Shown in pieces: positions 1 through 9,814 of a stretch of DNA of 64,000 bases. The DNA lies in the IMG/VR virus record IMGVR_UViG_3300008259_004660, positions 120,825 to 184,824 of that record. One strand, written 5' to 3'. The first letter of the stretch is position 1. Each line of letters starts with the position of its first letter. The notes beneath the pieces were generated by a model, which was not told the DNA's origin, ran no database searches, and saw only the letters and a program-made list of their open reading frames with translations. A program made the position numbers and the translations under genes. The stretch comes from a virus.

Positions 1-1756
1 CTATATTGATTATCAGTTCAAGGAATCGATGTTAGTAAATGCAGAAGAGCGCCAAAACATTATTGATGCGGCAAGATCTGTTGGTTACAAAACAAAGCCA
101 AGCACACCAAGTTTCACAAAATTGGATGTATATCAACTTATTCCTTCAAAAATAAATGAAGATGGCAGTATATCTCCAGACATGAAATATGCTCAGATTA
201 TAAAGCCGGGCATGGCGTGCAGCAGCGACTCTGGCATACCGTTTCTTACTAGTGTTCCCGTTGATTTTACTGTTGATACCAAGAATGATCCGTTGGAAAT
301 TTCCGTTTATCAAAGAAACGCTGCTGGTCAACCTGAATTTTATGTATTGAAAAAGACAGTAAGTGCATTTTCTGGTCAAATATCCACTGCCACAATTTCG
401 GTTTCTTCTCCTGTTCCATTTTTCAAAGTTACTCTTTCAGATACAAATGTTATTGAAGTTATGGATGTATATGACTCCGATGGCAACAGATGGTATGAGA
501 CAGATTATCTTGCACAAGATCTTGTTCCTATTGAAAGTGAAAACATATTCAAGAATGATTCTGCATTATCAACATATCGTGATACTGTTCCTTTCCTATT
601 AAGATATCTGAGAACACCGAAAAGATTTGTCACGGGGGTTGGTGCCGACAACACAACATTTTTGGAATTTGGATCTGGAACCAATGTTTCAGACGACGAA
701 GTTATTATTCCAAATGTGTATACAGTGAACAGAGTTTCAACTTTTAGAAATGAAACTGCCACATATGATCCATCAAATTTCTTGTCATCAAGAGCATTTG
801 GTCAAGCACCTTCAAATACTTCATTGACAGTTCGTTATGTTGTTGGTGGCGGAATAACCAGCAATGTTAACGCAAATTCAATAAAGAACGTAACAGCGGT
901 TGATTTCTTCGGTGATATAACAGAACTTCCTGTTTTTGAACAGAATTTGACCACATTGGTAAGAAAGTCCATAAAAGTCAATAATCCATCTCCAGCGACA
1001 GGTGGTCGTAACGCCGAAACAAATGATGAAATACGAAATAATGCTCTTGCTAGTGTAGCAGCACAAGGTAGAGCAGTAACACAAAAAGATTATGTTATAC
1101 GAGCATATGCGATGCCTTCAAAATTTGGATCGGTTGCAAAAGCATGGGCAGTGTCGGATGCACAATTGAATCCACAAAATATCCAAGCACAGCCGCAGTC
1201 AGATGTAACAAGTTCACTTTCTCCATCAGCAACAAATAACAAAACATTGCAGGCTGCAAACTCATTTGCGATAAATCTTTATTTGCTTGGTTATAACACA
1301 AATCAGAACTTGATTGCAACAAACGAGGCAATTCGTCAAAATCTCAAAAACTATTTGAATCAGTATCGTATGTTGACCGACAGTGTTAATCTTCTTGATG
1401 GATATATCATCAACATTGGTGTCGATTTTACGATCATTGCATACAAGAATTACAACAAGAGAGAAGTGTTGGCAAACTGCATATCACTTGTTCAGAAATT
1501 CTTTGATATCAATAATATTCAATTCTGCCAACCAATCAATTTAAGCAGACTTGAATTGGAAATTGCAAAGGTGGACGGAGTTCAGTCTGTATCATCATTG
1601 AAGATAAAGAATCTTACACTGCGTGATGGCGATTATTCTCCATATGAGTATGATATTGAAAAAGCGACTATGGACAAAGTGGTATATCCTTCCATAGATC
1701 CTAGCGTGTTTGAGGTTAAATTCCCATCAAAGGATATAGTAGGCCGCGTAAGTTGA
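1..1756 (+). CDS. gp6: Baseplate wedge subunit, T4 gp6-like (5' truncated; frame is open from position 2, upstream of the listed ATG at 29)
   Basis: Open frame YIDYQFKES-MLVNAEERQNIIDAARSVGY; gp6-type motifs YVVGGG..SN, GG.NAETNDEIR, AQGRAVTQKDY and a baseplate-J-like C-terminus. Confidence 0.85.
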   Translation, partial: YIDYQFKESMLVNAEERQNIIDAARSVGYKTKPSTPSFTKLDVYQLIPSKINEDGSISPDMKYAQIIKPGMACSSDSGIPFLTSVPVDFTVDTKNDPLEISVYQRNAAGQPEFYVLKKTVSAFSGQISTATISVSSPVPFFKVTLSDTNVIEVMDVYDSDGNRWYETDYLAQDLVPIESENIFKNDSALSTYRDTVPFLLRYLRTPKRFVTGVGADNTTFLEFGSGTNVSDDEVIIPNVYTVNRVSTFRNETATYDPSNFLSSRAFGQAPSNTSLTVRYVVGGGITSNVNANSIKNVTAVDFFGDITELPVFEQNLTTLVRKSIKVNNPSPATGGRNAETNDEIRNNALASVAAQGRAVTQKDYVIRAYAMPSKFGSVAKAWAVSDAQLNPQNIQAQPQSDVTSSLSPSATNNKTLQAANSFAINLYLLGYNTNQNLIATNEAIRQNLKNYLNQYRMLTDSVNLLDGYIINIGVDFTIIAYKNYNKREVLANCISLVQKFFDINNIQFCQPINLSRLELEIAKVDGVQSVSSLKIKNLTLRDGDYSPYEYDIEKATMDKVVYPSIDPSVFEVKFPSKDIVGRVS

Positions 1757-1767
1757 TTTATAACACC

Positions 1768-3093
1768 ATGCACTATTTCTTATATCCAACCAAAGACGCA
1801 TACATAAGCAACGACCCAGCATATATCACCAAGAATACTGGGCTGGATGAAATCTTGGAAGTTGAAAAGAGAATTTCATTCACAAGTTGTGCCAGTTTAG
1901 GTTCATATATCATAGAAGTTGGATATACCAGTTCAAGTATTGAACTTTTAAGTGGATCAATGTCATCTTCATATGACTCTGGATCAACAGATCCAAGAGT
2001 AGTATCAAGTTCATATGTGTACAAAAATTCTCCATCGGCTGGTGCAGTTTTGTCAAGAGCACTTCTTCATTTCGATCTATCAACCATTTCGGCATCACTG
2101 GCATCAAGTGATGCAAATAAGCCAGTAAATCCAAGATTTTATCTTAATCTCAAGATTTGTGAAAGTACGGAAGTACCTACCAAGTATTCATTGGCGGCAT
2201 ATCCAATATCTCAATCATGGTTGATGGGAACTGGTTACAAGTATGATGGAACAACAGCACCAGACGGTGTAACATGGAAATTTTCAGATGGATATATTGA
2301 AAAGTGGGTAAGTGGATCTTTGATTGATTGTACAGGCGGCGGAAATTGGTGGATATCATCAAGTCTAGTCAGCGGTTCTGCGGTTGGAATTGTTGGTAGT
2401 GGATCTGGCTATGTTCAACCATCATATGAAAATTGGTATTTTACATCAAGCACGGTTCCTACCACTGGATCATATGGATCGGGCCAAACCTTTGATTATG
2501 AAAGTGGAGATGTCAGAATGGATGTCTCCAATATGGTATATGCTTGGCTAAGTGGATCATTGGTTAATAACGGATTGATTCTTATGCATGGCGATGAATC
2601 AAGTTCTATTGACTATGGATCACTGAAATTCTTCAGTAAGGAAACCAATACTGTATATTCTCCATATTTGGATATGTGTTGGCATGATTCTGTATTCATT
2701 ACGGGAAGTACGGACCCGATTCAGATCAGAGATTCTGTAGTGAATATGAAAAATATGGCATCTGAATATAAGTTTGGATCTATTGTACGAATGGATGTTA
2801 CCGCAAGAAAGCGTTATCCAGTAAAAACATTCACCAACAAAGCATCGGATTATTTGTTCCCATATTACTTACCATCATCAAGCTATTATCAGATCAAGGA
2901 CGCAGAAAGCGAAGAAACAATAATTCCATATGATGATTACACCAGACTAAGCTTTGACGGTAGTGGAAATTATTTTATGTTGGACACCAGCGGTCTTCCA
3001 ATGGAAAGATATTTCAAAGTAGAAATTCGCACGGAACAAAGCGGTTCTGTTTTGACCTTTCCAGTTCCAACCGCATTCAAAGTTTCTAGATGA
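1768..3093 (+). CDS. Virion structural protein, DNRLRE-domain-like (ATG 1768 preferred over TTG 1753)
   Basis: N-terminal YPTKDAYISN, SRALLHFDLS and FFSKET motifs resemble DNRLRE-type proteins; lies within the baseplate module. Confidence 0.5.
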   Translation: MHYFLYPTKDAYISNDPAYITKNTGLDEILEVEKRISFTSCASLGSYIIEVGYTSSSIELLSGSMSSSYDSGSTDPRVVSSSYVYKNSPSAGAVLSRALLHFDLSTISASLASSDANKPVNPRFYLNLKICESTEVPTKYSLAAYPISQSWLMGTGYKYDGTTAPDGVTWKFSDGYIEKWVSGSLIDCTGGGNWWISSSLVSGSAVGIVGSGSGYVQPSYENWYFTSSTVPTTGSYGSGQTFDYESGDVRMDVSNMVYAWLSGSLVNNGLILMHGDESSSIDYGSLKFFSKETNTVYSPYLDMCWHDSVFITGSTDPIQIRDSVVNMKNMASEYKFGSIVRMDVTARKRYPVKTFTNKASDYLFPYYLPSSSYYQIKDAESEETIIPYDDYTRLSFDGSGNYFMLDTSGLPMERYFKVEIRTEQSGSVLTFPVPTAFKVSR

Positions 3094-3311
3094 ACGCCAA
3101 TCCATATCTATCAGGATATAATCAAGATGACATACAAAAGCTATATCAGAGTGGTTCAATCATTCCGAATATAGACGAGTATGGTAATTTGATCATTCAA
3201 AACGTAAAAGGCCAGCTTTATTCTTCTTCCATAACAATTCCTTTGGAAAACGTAGTATATAATCCAGTAAAAGTGGAAACAAAGTATACAGTAACATTCA
3301 GCGAACTATGA
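3090..3311 (+). CDS. Hypothetical protein, 73 aa
   Basis: ATGA overlaps with both neighbouring genes (translational coupling). Confidence 0.7.
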   Translation: MNANPYLSGYNQDDIQKLYQSGSIIPNIDEYGNLIIQNVKGQLYSSSITIPLENVVYNPVKVETKYTVTFSEL

Positions 3312-6300
3312 ACCTTGAAGACATGAAGTATATTTCGGCATCTTCCTCGTCACTCGGGGTTGGTTCCGACATGACTAAAGAAGATTTGATGTTTTTCACG
3401 GACGGACTAAAGTCTCAAAATTTTCCATTTGGCAAAACCGAGGATGACTTTATAAAGTTCAGCGTATATAACTTTGATAATACCTTGGTAACAGAGTCGA
3501 TGATATATCCGAGCGGATCATATCGTAATTACACACAGTCATATTACGATCCTACAAACAGATATATTACATATTCGTATTCAAAATTTGATGGAACGGC
3601 TCCTATATTAGTTGGTGAAACAAGCTCTTTGTTTATTGATGTTTCATCGGAAATGAGAAATCTCAATGTACCGGATGGAAATTATAGAATAACGGTAGAA
3701 TTAATGAGAAACATCGTTGGATCCAATTCTTCATCTGAAGATAAGTTGATGATATACCAGATATCAACCAACAGAGATGAAGTGGCATTGATTCCAAAAA
3801 ATTTGGCAGGATCAACCGAAAAAATAAACACGCAAGTTGATGTGTTTGGAACAAACAAGGTTTTTGTAAGTGATATTGCAGATAGTATAATAGAATCAAT
3901 AGCATCTCCTGAGATTTATAATGTATACTACACTGCAAAGAATGAAAATCCTTCTGGTGCGGAGTTGTTGAAATTCTATTATGGATTTACCAACAGAGAA
4001 AACGAAACCAATAATGATATAGATGTAATTTCATTCGTCACCGATTTGTATTATGGTGTAAGGAAAGGTGGAACCAGAAACAATGGTCAAATTGCAGTAA
4101 ATGACATCTTGGGAATATATGATCAATTTAAGAATTGGTTGTATAGCAATTATGATTCAGGGTCAACTTTTAGGGATATTCAGGATTATTACTACAGCTT
4201 GTTCAGATTTGTGATTGATCAGGAGTTGAACAGAATCACAAACAAAAAGCCAGCGGAGTATGATCAAATAGTTGCATTCTTGCAAAAAATTTATTACGAT
4301 CTTACCTTTTATCCGCAATTCTATTTTCTTCAACTGAAATACAACATCGATTTGTCTGGGTATTTCAAGAATATTTTGAATCATTCGGGTGGATACGTTT
4401 CAATTACAAATAAGAAATTGGTATTGTCCGAGGATCCTAGATACCAAAATAAGTTGGTCTTGAAACTTTCTGAGCCACTTCCACAGTCTGTTCAAAACGG
4501 AGATGATGTTTGGATAACAAACAATTTTGGATTTTTACCAATTGTTCAAAATGTATATTACTTTACTTCAAATGTAATACAGACCATACCTTTGCGTGGT
4601 CCTAATTTCTTGGTTAGAATTGAAAGTCAGGGAAATTCCACAGAAGCACTATCAATGGAGCAATTAATTGCTCAAACTGGAAGTGCATATAATGAAGTTC
4701 TTTCCAAGATTCTCACACCTTCTCAAACCGTAGTAGATAATACCAACTACAGAAGTTTTGAAAACTTCATAAACTTTTCTTCCGCTAAATTGAGAGTTGA
4801 CGCATTCACTGTAAAGAAAACAAAAATAGATGACTTGTATCAGACCATTGCAGAGTTGCAGCAGAAAATTGATGCCAATCCAAATGATCAGTTCTATATC
4901 AAGGAAAAAACAGACGCCAATACTGAAATAGATAATTTGGAAAATTCAATGGATGGTTATGAAAAATTCCTATACAACAATCCTTCTTGGTATACTGATC
5001 ATAACGCATCATCCTCATTATTTGACAGAGATAATGGTAACTCGCTGATCAACAATCTTCCACAGTTCATATTGGAGGATATGGAACAAAATCAGGACTA
5101 TATCCTATTCGTTGGAATGATAGGACACTTCTTCGATAACATATCGTTGTTGATCAGGCAGATCACAGAAAAGAACAATTATTCAAGTAGTCCAAACTAT
5201 GGAATATCTGTTGATATTGTGGAAGATATGTTGGCTTCACTTGGTTGGGATGCGGAAATATCAAAGGAAAATCTTCCATTGCTTCTTTCCAATTTTTCTC
5301 AAAATGATTTCGACACAAACAGCAACCTTTATGATCTTTCCAGAACAATTTCTGAAAAGCAAAGAAATCAGATAATATGGAAGAGAATACTAAACACTCT
5401 TCCTTACATATACAAGACCAAGGGTACAGAAGCATCACTGTCTTCACTATTAAGTTGTTTTGGCGTTCCAAAGAATATTATCAAGCTCAAGGAATATGGT
5501 GGAATACAAGACGTTCATAATCTTCAGGACACAACATTGTATGTTTTGGATGAAGTAAAATACGAACCATATTTCAGTGGAAGCGGAGAATATTTCAAGT
5601 TCAATTGGACAGGAAGCGCACAAACACTGGAACTCAATTTCTCATTCGATCCAAACAAGACAAGCACAGTTGGAAATGTGTTCAGACTTGTAAACTGCCC
5701 AAATAGTTGGGTGGTTGGAGTGTACAGAGACAAAGGCAAGGATTGGGGAAGATTATTCTTTAGCATTGATAACGGAAGTGGTAGTGTAAAAACGATAATG
5801 ACGGACAAAGCTCCGTTCTTTGATGGTAATTCATACCACGCAATGCTTCGTAGAAATGATGCCACGGTAAATTATTCAATGTATGGATTCACCGAAAGTC
5901 AAATTGACGAGTATCCTATAAAGTATGATATAATTGCACAACGTGCAGAGGATGCTAGAATCACATTTGAAGCAACCTCCAGCCAGTATTTAAGTGGAAG
6001 CTACAATACTCAATTCAGATCTGGTTCGTATGTTTATGTAGGAAATTACAATCAAAATACCGCATCATTGAATATTGACCCAGAGGCATTTTTTGGAAAC
6101 ATTGACGAAATAAAGTTGTGGGAACTTCCGTTGGACGATGGTAGATTTGAAAGTCATACATTATATCAAAATGCATATGACGGAAATTCGCCAGAAAAAA
6201 TGATAGCGGAAAATCTGGTTAGAATTTCATTTGAAAGACCAACCGATTTGCATGATTCAAGTACAAGTGCATCATTGAATAATCTTGCATTTAGAAAAGA

Positions 6301-7945
6301 CTTCCCAACATTCACAGCAGTTAATTTCCCAGAGAGTCTTGTAGCTACAGTACAAAATTCAGAATGCGACCCTTCAATGGTGGCCGGATTCCCATATCAG
6401 TTTAGTAGAAAAGACACTCGGCAAACTGTAAAACTTCCTGATTATGGATCCAGCAAGTTCAGAAGCAACAAAATCAATTATGTTGATCAGGAACTTGCCG
6501 CGCCATTATCTTCAACTGAAAGATCTTCGCTTCAATCGAGTGAACTTGTTTCCGTCGATTCAAATAGATTGGGTTTATTCTTCTCGCCGTCCGATATTCA
6601 AAACACAGAAATCATAAAGTTCTTTGGAGAATATCCACTAAGTGAACTGATTGGGGATCCTTCAACAGTGTATGAATCATCATATGCAAGATTTGAAAAG
6701 TTCAGACAGATATTCTACGATCAAGGTTTTGGAAACATAGATTATCAGTTCTTCATGAACGTTGTTCGATTCTATTTTGACAAGGCGATGTTCAAATATA
6801 TTCGTTCAATTGTACCAGCAAGAGCAACACTTGTTGATGGTATACTTGTTGAGCCTTCCATACTCGAACGTCCGAAGATTGCACTTAAACCATTGGTAAG
6901 AGAAAATATTCCACAGAAGGAAGCACCAATCGATGCCAACAGAAATATTGTGGCAACCCAATCTCCAAAATTGGAAGATTCATTGGATGTAAGAACATCG
7001 GGTAGATCAATATTGAACGATGTTAATCAAGTATTCTTCCCAACCGATGAAGACCAATATGGATTCGCCGTGTATTCAGATAATGGAATAACATACTACA
7101 ACGGAGATTATTATCGCGCCGATGTATTGACCATCAAGAAGCAATATCAAATACACAACAAATATAATCTTCCCACAAATGCCCTGAACGATTATGAAAA
7201 AAATGTAAACTTGAATGGAACCGTGCAAACGGTAACAAGTTCATACCAAAAGATAAATTTGGCAAAGCTACCTGTGCTAACAGAGTATACAGCAGATTGC
7301 TCATTGATTCAACCTCCCACTTTCAGCGGAAGTTTCAGTGGAAGTATAAGTTTTGATCCGGGTGGAGGAAATGGATTTTATTTCACAAATATATCATCAA
7401 GTCACACCATAGATGGAGTGTACATCGGAAAAATAATTGGAGATGCCGGTGAGGGTATAATACAAAATCCCGGAATAAAGATCAGAGCCACATATATTGC
7501 GGCATATCCACTTCAATACGGCGGACAATTTAGTTATCAATCTGGCACATGGTATTTCAACGGATACATTTACGGCGGTATTCCAGCCACAATCAATCTG
7601 ACCAAATTCTCAACAACATTTTACACAACAGACGGCAGTTCTGTGTTTGATTCATTCAGATACTTGACGCAAGGACCATTCTTTGGTCCATTATCATCGG
7701 CATTTAGCTACAGAAAAGCATACAGCATGCAAAATTATCCGTATAATGCAACACTGCTGAACGGATACTTCTCCAACCACTACAAATACAGCAATCAACA
7801 GTTTTCAGTAAAGGAGATAAATTCATACGATAACACCGATAGGCCGTTCAAATGGAAAAAAGGTAGCCAAAATAAAAAAACTACCGTAGATCCTCTTACT
7901 GGCCTATTGGATAACACTGAAGCGATTGAAACAAAAACGGTCTAA
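3308..7945 (+). CDS. Large baseplate wedge/structural protein (gp7 / P2 gpI-like segment plus LamG-like beta-sandwich)
   Basis: 1545-aa ORF; ILNTLPYIYKTKGTEASLSSLLSCFG tail-protein-I-like motif; FFGNIDEIKLW LamG-like motif; context. Confidence 0.6.
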   Translation: MNLEDMKYISASSSSLGVGSDMTKEDLMFFTDGLKSQNFPFGKTEDDFIKFSVYNFDNTLVTESMIYPSGSYRNYTQSYYDPTNRYITYSYSKFDGTAPILVGETSSLFIDVSSEMRNLNVPDGNYRITVELMRNIVGSNSSSEDKLMIYQISTNRDEVALIPKNLAGSTEKINTQVDVFGTNKVFVSDIADSIIESIASPEIYNVYYTAKNENPSGAELLKFYYGFTNRENETNNDIDVISFVTDLYYGVRKGGTRNNGQIAVNDILGIYDQFKNWLYSNYDSGSTFRDIQDYYYSLFRFVIDQELNRITNKKPAEYDQIVAFLQKIYYDLTFYPQFYFLQLKYNIDLSGYFKNILNHSGGYVSITNKKLVLSEDPRYQNKLVLKLSEPLPQSVQNGDDVWITNNFGFLPIVQNVYYFTSNVIQTIPLRGPNFLVRIESQGNSTEALSMEQLIAQTGSAYNEVLSKILTPSQTVVDNTNYRSFENFINFSSAKLRVDAFTVKKTKIDDLYQTIAELQQKIDANPNDQFYIKEKTDANTEIDNLENSMDGYEKFLYNNPSWYTDHNASSSLFDRDNGNSLINNLPQFILEDMEQNQDYILFVGMIGHFFDNISLLIRQITEKNNYSSSPNYGISVDIVEDMLASLGWDAEISKENLPLLLSNFSQNDFDTNSNLYDLSRTISEKQRNQIIWKRILNTLPYIYKTKGTEASLSSLLSCFGVPKNIIKLKEYGGIQDVHNLQDTTLYVLDEVKYEPYFSGSGEYFKFNWTGSAQTLELNFSFDPNKTSTVGNVFRLVNCPNSWVVGVYRDKGKDWGRLFFSIDNGSGSVKTIMTDKAPFFDGNSYHAMLRRNDATVNYSMYGFTESQIDEYPIKYDIIAQRAEDARITFEATSSQYLSGSYNTQFRSGSYVYVGNYNQNTASLNIDPEAFFGNIDEIKLWELPLDDGRFESHTLYQNAYDGNSPEKMIAENLVRISFERPTDLHDSSTSASLNNLAFRKDFPTFTAVNFPESLVATVQNSECDPSMVAGFPYQFSRKDTRQTVKLPDYGSSKFRSNKINYVDQELAAPLSSTERSSLQSSELVSVDSNRLGLFFSPSDIQNTEIIKFFGEYPLSELIGDPSTVYESSYARFEKFRQIFYDQGFGNIDYQFFMNVVRFYFDKAMFKYIRSIVPARATLVDGILVEPSILERPKIALKPLVRENIPQKEAPIDANRNIVATQSPKLEDSLDVRTSGRSILNDVNQVFFPTDEDQYGFAVYSDNGITYYNGDYYRADVLTIKKQYQIHNKYNLPTNALNDYEKNVNLNGTVQTVTSSYQKINLAKLPVLTEYTADCSLIQPPTFSGSFSGSISFDPGGGNGFYFTNISSSHTIDGVYIGKIIGDAGEGIIQNPGIKIRATYIAAYPLQYGGQFSYQSGTWYFNGYIYGGIPATINLTKFSTTFYTTDGSSVFDSFRYLTQGPFFGPLSSAFSYRKAYSMQNYPYNATLLNGYFSNHYKYSNQQFSVKEINSYDNTDRPFKWKKGSQNKKTTVDPLTGLLDNTEAIETKTV

Positions 7946-7996
7946 AAATAGTAAAAAAAGTATTTAGATATATATTTATTGAGAAAGTAACACTAT

Positions 7997-8638
7997 ATGG
8001 CGTATATCAACAATGAGATTATTACCGTGGATGCGGTGCTGACAAAAAAGGGTAGAGAACTACTCGCGGCAAATGGCGGTTTGAACATTACGTCATATGC
8101 TTTGGCTGATGACGAAATTGATTATCGCTTATATCAACCAAACCACCCACAGGGTTCTGCATATTACGACTTGGCAATTCGAAACACTCCTGTATTTGAA
8201 GCATTTACCGATGAAACTCAATTGCTGAAATACAAACTTGTTACATTACCTTCTGGTCAAACTTCTATTCCTATTATCTCTCTTGGTCAAAGTGCCATTT
8301 ATGTGGACAAGGATTATAAGGGCGAAGTTGTTATTGTTCCATCAACAAATCCAGTATATAACACAACTCTTGGATATACAGCAATATTAGCAAACAAGTC
8401 AGCTGGAACAATAATTGGCGAACAGCTACAAAACGTAAGCACTGCAACTATTCCAACATTTATTGGAGACGTATCTTCAACAACTGCACAAGTAAGCTTG
8501 GGTCTTCGTTTCCGCTTTGTTCCAAATTCATCACTAACACAAACATTGTCAACAAATCTAACAGTGGTTGGAAATGAAAGCGGTGGATCTGTCACAATTC
8601 CTGTTACTGTCACCGTAAAGGGATCAACAACGACTTAA
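7997..8638 (+). CDS. Conserved virion structural protein (baseplate/tail-collar region)
   Basis: 213 aa; LTKKGRELLA...ITSYALADDEIDY resembles tail-collar/baseplate N-termini; context. Confidence 0.55.
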   Translation: MAYINNEIITVDAVLTKKGRELLAANGGLNITSYALADDEIDYRLYQPNHPQGSAYYDLAIRNTPVFEAFTDETQLLKYKLVTLPSGQTSIPIISLGQSAIYVDKDYKGEVVIVPSTNPVYNTTLGYTAILANKSAGTIIGEQLQNVSTATIPTFIGDVSSTTAQVSLGLRFRFVPNSSLTQTLSTNLTVVGNESGGSVTIPVTVTVKGSTTT

Positions 8639-8650
8639 TAATTTAAAGCC

Positions 8651-9772
8651 ATGATTTTCAAGCAATTTGATACAACCGACATAGTGGCAGGAAGAACACA
8701 GCCAGTATCAACTGGGTTGTGGAGCGACGGTACCGCAAGCTGGGATTCCTTTTATACCAGCAGTCGTCAAGGTCAGCAGTCCTCCTCTTTATACGAGCCA
8801 CTAAACGGTTTGTATTATACCAATGTATACGACGAGCCAACAGGTTCTGCAAATTCAGATATCTATTTTTCAATATCGTATGGACATTATGCAGGATCTG
8901 GCTCTTCGGCGTTTGACACAGGCTCGTCACAAGGAAGTTTGTTGTTCCCAACTAAGGCAATTTACAATCAATACAGAAACTTGTTGCTTGCTCCGGGTGA
9001 TTCTAAATTCACCTTCGTAACATCTTCAGTATCTGGATCTGGTGTTGAGTCCGATGATATTTATGCAATTTCATTCAGAAACGCAAAATACAAGGATCGT
9101 TTAGATCCGGGACAATTTGAAATGACCCTAAGTGGATCTGGTGTTGGAGGTGTTGCAACAAGAATTACGGTAATCGACGATTCTCGTGACAATCCAGACA
9201 CCGGAGTACAAAGCGGTGGTAAGAGATATAATCTTATCGTTGGAACATTGAGCACAGGTGCGGCACAGACAAGAAATTATCAAGGAATCGGTCTAATGTA
9301 CCCAGACCTTGGTATTATTATCTTGAATCCAAAGAAAGTGCACGAACTAATTGGAAAAGTTGATGGATATTCATTATATTGGAATACATCAACAAATGAA
9401 TGGGGTGCACAATTTGCTAGAATGAATTCATTATTGTTTAAAGCAATAGAATCTGGTGCAGATTTTGCAGGAATGAAAGCCAGAGTTACAGAGTATGTGC
9501 CCGCTCGACATTTCTTTGTAAGGGTTAAGAATCAAGAGTACAATTATAGTAATAATCCTACATTTGTAATCTCTGAGAATGATAATCCATCAAATTCTCA
9601 AGATATTGGAAAATTGAGATTCACAGACTTTTACACCAATCCAAAGGTGTATATCACGACCGTTGGGCTATATAACGAAAGCAACGACCTTGTTGCTGTT
9701 GCGAAGTTAAGTCAGCCATTGCTGAAAGACTTCACCAACGAGTGCTTAATAAAGATAAAAATTGATGTTTGA
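8651..9772 (+). CDS. Virion structural protein (baseplate region)
   Basis: 373 aa; C-terminal YNYSNNPTF...YITTVGLYNESNDLVAVAKLSQP, paralogous to the C-terminus of the next gene. Confidence 0.55.
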   Translation: MIFKQFDTTDIVAGRTQPVSTGLWSDGTASWDSFYTSSRQGQQSSSLYEPLNGLYYTNVYDEPTGSANSDIYFSISYGHYAGSGSSAFDTGSSQGSLLFPTKAIYNQYRNLLLAPGDSKFTFVTSSVSGSGVESDDIYAISFRNAKYKDRLDPGQFEMTLSGSGVGGVATRITVIDDSRDNPDTGVQSGGKRYNLIVGTLSTGAAQTRNYQGIGLMYPDLGIIILNPKKVHELIGKVDGYSLYWNTSTNEWGAQFARMNSLLFKAIESGADFAGMKARVTEYVPARHFFVRVKNQEYNYSNNPTFVISENDNPSNSQDIGKLRFTDFYTNPKVYITTVGLYNESNDLVAVAKLSQPLLKDFTNECLIKIKIDV

Positions 9773-9796
9773 GTTAGCGGGTAAATCCCGCCTCAA
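9769..9796 (+). other. Intergenic stem-loop (TTGAG-tta-GCGGG / TAAAT / CCCGC-CTCAA)
   Basis: Inverted repeat with a 3-nt bulge and no U-tract; sits immediately before ATATTTATA at 9801. Confidence 0.4.
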
Positions 9797-9800
9797 TCAA

Positions 9801-9809
9801 ATATTTATA
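9801..9809 (+). promoter_or_regulatory. ATATTTATA upstream element (putative late promoter)
   Basis: 5 nt before ATG 9815; recurrent intergenic motif. Confidence 0.55.
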
Positions 9810-9814
9810 TCCAT